From an uncultured archaeon (GTDB lineage Archaea > Iainarchaeota > Iainarchaeia > Iainarchaeales > Iainarchaeaceae), in contig CAZNZM010000014.1 in assembly GCA_964577555.1 (NCBI GenBank), positions 1 through 6,038 of the forward strand: DNA of 6,038 nt. Direction: 5' to 3'. Made by a program: the position numbers and the translations under genes. Shown here piece by piece: positions 4,951 through 6,038 of the stretch. Numbering within the stretch: position 1 is the first letter of the stretch; the number at the start of each line of letters is the position of its first letter. The notes beneath the pieces are model-generated. The model saw only the letters and a program-made list of their open reading frames with translations, did not search any database and was not told where the DNA came from.

Positions 4951-5244
4951 GTGTTTAGACTTTTTAGTGAACTTTCGCCGTTGAATTTTATTCTTGCTCC
5001 TTTTATGAGTATGATAGTTGTAATACTCGCAATAGTCTTGGCTTTTATTGGCAAGCTGCTGGTTCCGTCGCGACTTTTTTTCATAAATTTTTCCATTTCA
5101 GGCTTTGGTTTTCTTGCAGTTATTTATTTGATTCTCGGTTTTTTTGTTTTTATTATTAAAGGAAAAAATTCAATGCTTGGCAGGCTTGCGAATATATTTA
5201 TAATTTCAGGGCTTTTTGAATCAGTTTTTTGGGTTTTTGCATGA
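4951..5244 (+). CDS. Hypothetical small membrane protein (about 3 TM helices)
   Basis: This is the only plausible coding use of the 455-nt gap between tbp and the exonuclease gene. It has three hydrophobic segments separated by short polar/charged loops (GKLLVPSR, KGKNSMLGR), and a T7 run follows the TGA stop directly. The start is uncertain: GTG at 4951 or ATG at 5005 (79 aa). Caveat: the + strand is T-rich, which by itself generates F/L/I-rich ORFs. Confidence 0.5.
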   Translation: MFRLFSELSPLNFILAPFMSMIVVILAIVLAFIGKLLVPSRLFFINFSISGFGFLAVIYLILGFFVFIIKGKNSMLGRLANIFIISGLFESVFWVFA

Positions 5245-5245
5245 C

Positions 5246-5252
5246 TTTTTTT
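5246..5252 (+). terminator. T7 run after the + strand membrane ORF
   Basis: TGA (5242-5244), then C, then TTTTTTT. The run overlaps the stop codon (5253..5251) of the convergent exonuclease gene. Confidence 0.35.
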
Positions 5253-5820
5253 ACCATCTGTCAATTTTGTCAATTTTCAATCTTACAATGCGATGGTAAA
5301 CAGCTTCGGTTATTTCTAAATCCTTTTTCAAGTATTCGCCTATTTTTTCCAGGTTTCCAAGCCTGTATTCATCTGCAATCATGCTACCATCAATTTCGTG
5401 CTTTTCAATTGCCAAAAAATCAGCAAATTCTTTAAGCTTGCCGCGAACATTTCCAAACTTATACGCGGATATTTTTTCTCTGATGTCAAGTATTTCTTTA
5501 AGCATAAAAGGAACTATTTCAATGTTGTTTATGAAACTTCTTGTCACAATGAACGGAATATCAAAATCTTTTATGTTGAAGCCAACTATTTTTATGTTGC
5601 TTGTTTTTGCTCTTTCTATTTCGTTCCAAAATTTTGAAAGTATTTCAGATTCGTTGTCGCCAATCAGAACTTTTGATTCTTCTCCTTCTTTTTTTATTCC
5701 TATTGCAATTATTTTGGAATCTATTGGATTCAACAACTTTTTCCTTTCTTCTTCATTCTTTTTCAAATATTCTTCTAATTCAACAGGGATTGTTTCAATG
5801 TCTATTATTATATAAGCCAT
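5251..5820 (-). CDS. DEDDy-type 3'-5' exonuclease, RNase H-like fold (PolB exonuclease-domain-like)
   Basis: 189 aa. Exo I is IIIDIET (DxE) at the N-terminus, Exo II is IVGFNIKDFDIPFI (N-x2-FD) and Exo III is YLKKDLEIT (Y-x3-D). The size and motif order match the stand-alone predicted exonuclease family related to the family-B polymerase exo domain. The call rests on motifs only. Confidence 0.75.
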   Translation of the reverse strand: MAYIIIDIETIPVELEEYLKKNEEERKKLLNPIDSKIIAIGIKKEGEESKVLIGDNESEILSKFWNEIERAKTSNIKIVGFNIKDFDIPFIVTRSFINNIEIVPFMLKEILDIREKISAYKFGNVRGKLKEFADFLAIEKHEIDGSMIADEYRLGNLEKIGEYLKKDLEITEAVYHRIVRLKIDKIDRW

Positions 5821-5843
5821 TTGTAATTTATTTTTTGAAAGTT

Positions 5844-5853
5844 ATTTTAAAAT
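5844..5853 (-). promoter_or_regulatory. Candidate TATA box of the exonuclease gene (leaderless geometry)
   Basis: The minus strand reads TTTTAAAATA with its 3' edge 24 nt upstream of the ATG at 5820. No SD-like sequence is present, so the start site is predicted at or next to the start codon. Confidence 0.4.
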
Positions 5854-5964
5854 GGAAGTTTTTTTTGAGTTTTTTAAACTTTCTCAAAACATTTTTTTGT
5901 CTTATTCAATCGTTTTTAATTTTTTGATGTTTGTTTTTGTTTTAAACTCAATTTTTTTGATTTG

Positions 5965-5981
5965 TTTTGCCGAATTTTTTT
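5965..5981 (+). repeat. Intergenic T-tract/GAGCC repeat, copy F (short core)
   Basis: TTTT GCCGAA T7. The core tail matches copy G (GAGCCGAA). Confidence 0.5.
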
Positions 5982-5986
5982 AATTG

Positions 5987-6014
5987 TTTTTTTTGTGAGC
6001 CGAATTTTTTTTGT
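5987..6014 (+). repeat. Intergenic T-tract/GAGCC repeat, copy G
   Basis: T8 GTGAGCCGAA T8 GT. Confidence 0.7.
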
Positions 6015-6038
6015 TTTTGTTGAGCCATATTTTGTCAT
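6014..6038 (+). repeat. Intergenic T-tract/GAGCC repeat, copy H
   Basis: T5 GTTGAGCCATA T4 GTCAT. It shares the GTCAT tail with copy A and ends at the window edge. Confidence 0.6.

Noticed and set aside
5259-5282. Tandem GTCAATTTT GTCAATTTT CAAT repeat.
   Set aside because: It lies inside the exonuclease coding sequence and simply encodes the C-terminal KIDKID. This is a trivial codon-level duplication.
5866-5887. Short inverted repeat TTGAG-N12-CTCAA upstream of the exonuclease gene.
   Set aside because: The stem is only 5 bp with a long AT-rich loop. This is expected by chance and is not repeated elsewhere in the window.
5229-5927. + strand ORFs 5229..5435, 5381..5815, 5398..5637 and 5601..5927.
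   Set aside because: They are antisense shadows of the exonuclease gene and its upstream spacer.
5916-6038. 40-codon Lys-rich micro-ORF starting at the ATG on the window edge (MTKYGSTKTKKIRLTKKTIKKIRQNKSKKLSLKQKQTSKN). A similar partial one lies at 28..1 (MTKKRLTKK...). In the gene-sense frame the repeat units read KK(I)RLTKK.
   Set aside because: The gene-sense strand of the spacers is so A-rich that stop-free AAA-rich frames arise by chance. The peptide has no hydrophobic core. Other copies (D, D2, E) sit in frames without a start or are closed by stops within a few codons. Conservation looks DNA-level (T-tract lengths and GTCAT tail) rather than codon-level. This is not fully excluded; Ribo-seq or protein-level conservation would reopen it.
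1-6038. Possibility that the short repeats form a CRISPR array or a MITE with terminal inverted repeats.
   Set aside because: The units are only ~20-28 nt, mostly T-tract, irregularly spaced and dispersed over four loci. There are no unique spacers of constant length, and no inverted-repeat termini or target-site duplications are visible.

Overview
AT-rich (about 30% GC by eye), gene-dense archaeal chromosomal segment with eight of nine genes on the minus strand. In transcription order (right to left): a stand-alone DEDDy 3'-5' exonuclease of the PolB-exonuclease-like type (5251-5820); a convergent + strand small membrane ORF (4951-5244); TATA-binding protein (4211-4795); an orphan 5S rRNA gene (4058-4175) that the ORF track mis-reads as a 100-aa protein; an EamA/DMT permease (2967-3887); a short HypC chaperone (2740-2958); a 181-aa protein with a second HypC-like domain fused behind an unrecognised ~110-aa domain (2043-2588); and a translationally coupled small/large subunit pair of a cytosolic group-3-like [NiFe]-hydrogenase (1476-1961, 170-1483). 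Archaeal TBP, an unlinked 5S gene, low GC, short proteins and near-leaderless promoter spacing fit a small-genome (DPANN-like) archaeon, but that is inference only. Worth a second look: (i) a strictly oriented short repeat, T-tract + G[TC]GAGCC[GA] + T-tract (+GTCAT), in nine copies confined to spacers between co-directional transcription units and present at both window edges; (ii) a hydrogenase apparently reduced to two subunits, with a ~160-aa small subunit carrying a vicinal Cys-Cys and no electron-transfer partner gene upstream; (iii) two HypC paralogs with complementary departures from the canonical motif set; (iv) tandem TATA-like boxes in front of tbp. I recognised no mobile elements, CRISPR arrays, tRNAs or defence genes. 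I cannot demonstrate a wholly new multi-gene system here; the best candidates for novelty are the repeat family and the hydrogenase/HypC module. No homology searches were possible, so all family calls rest on motifs read by eye.
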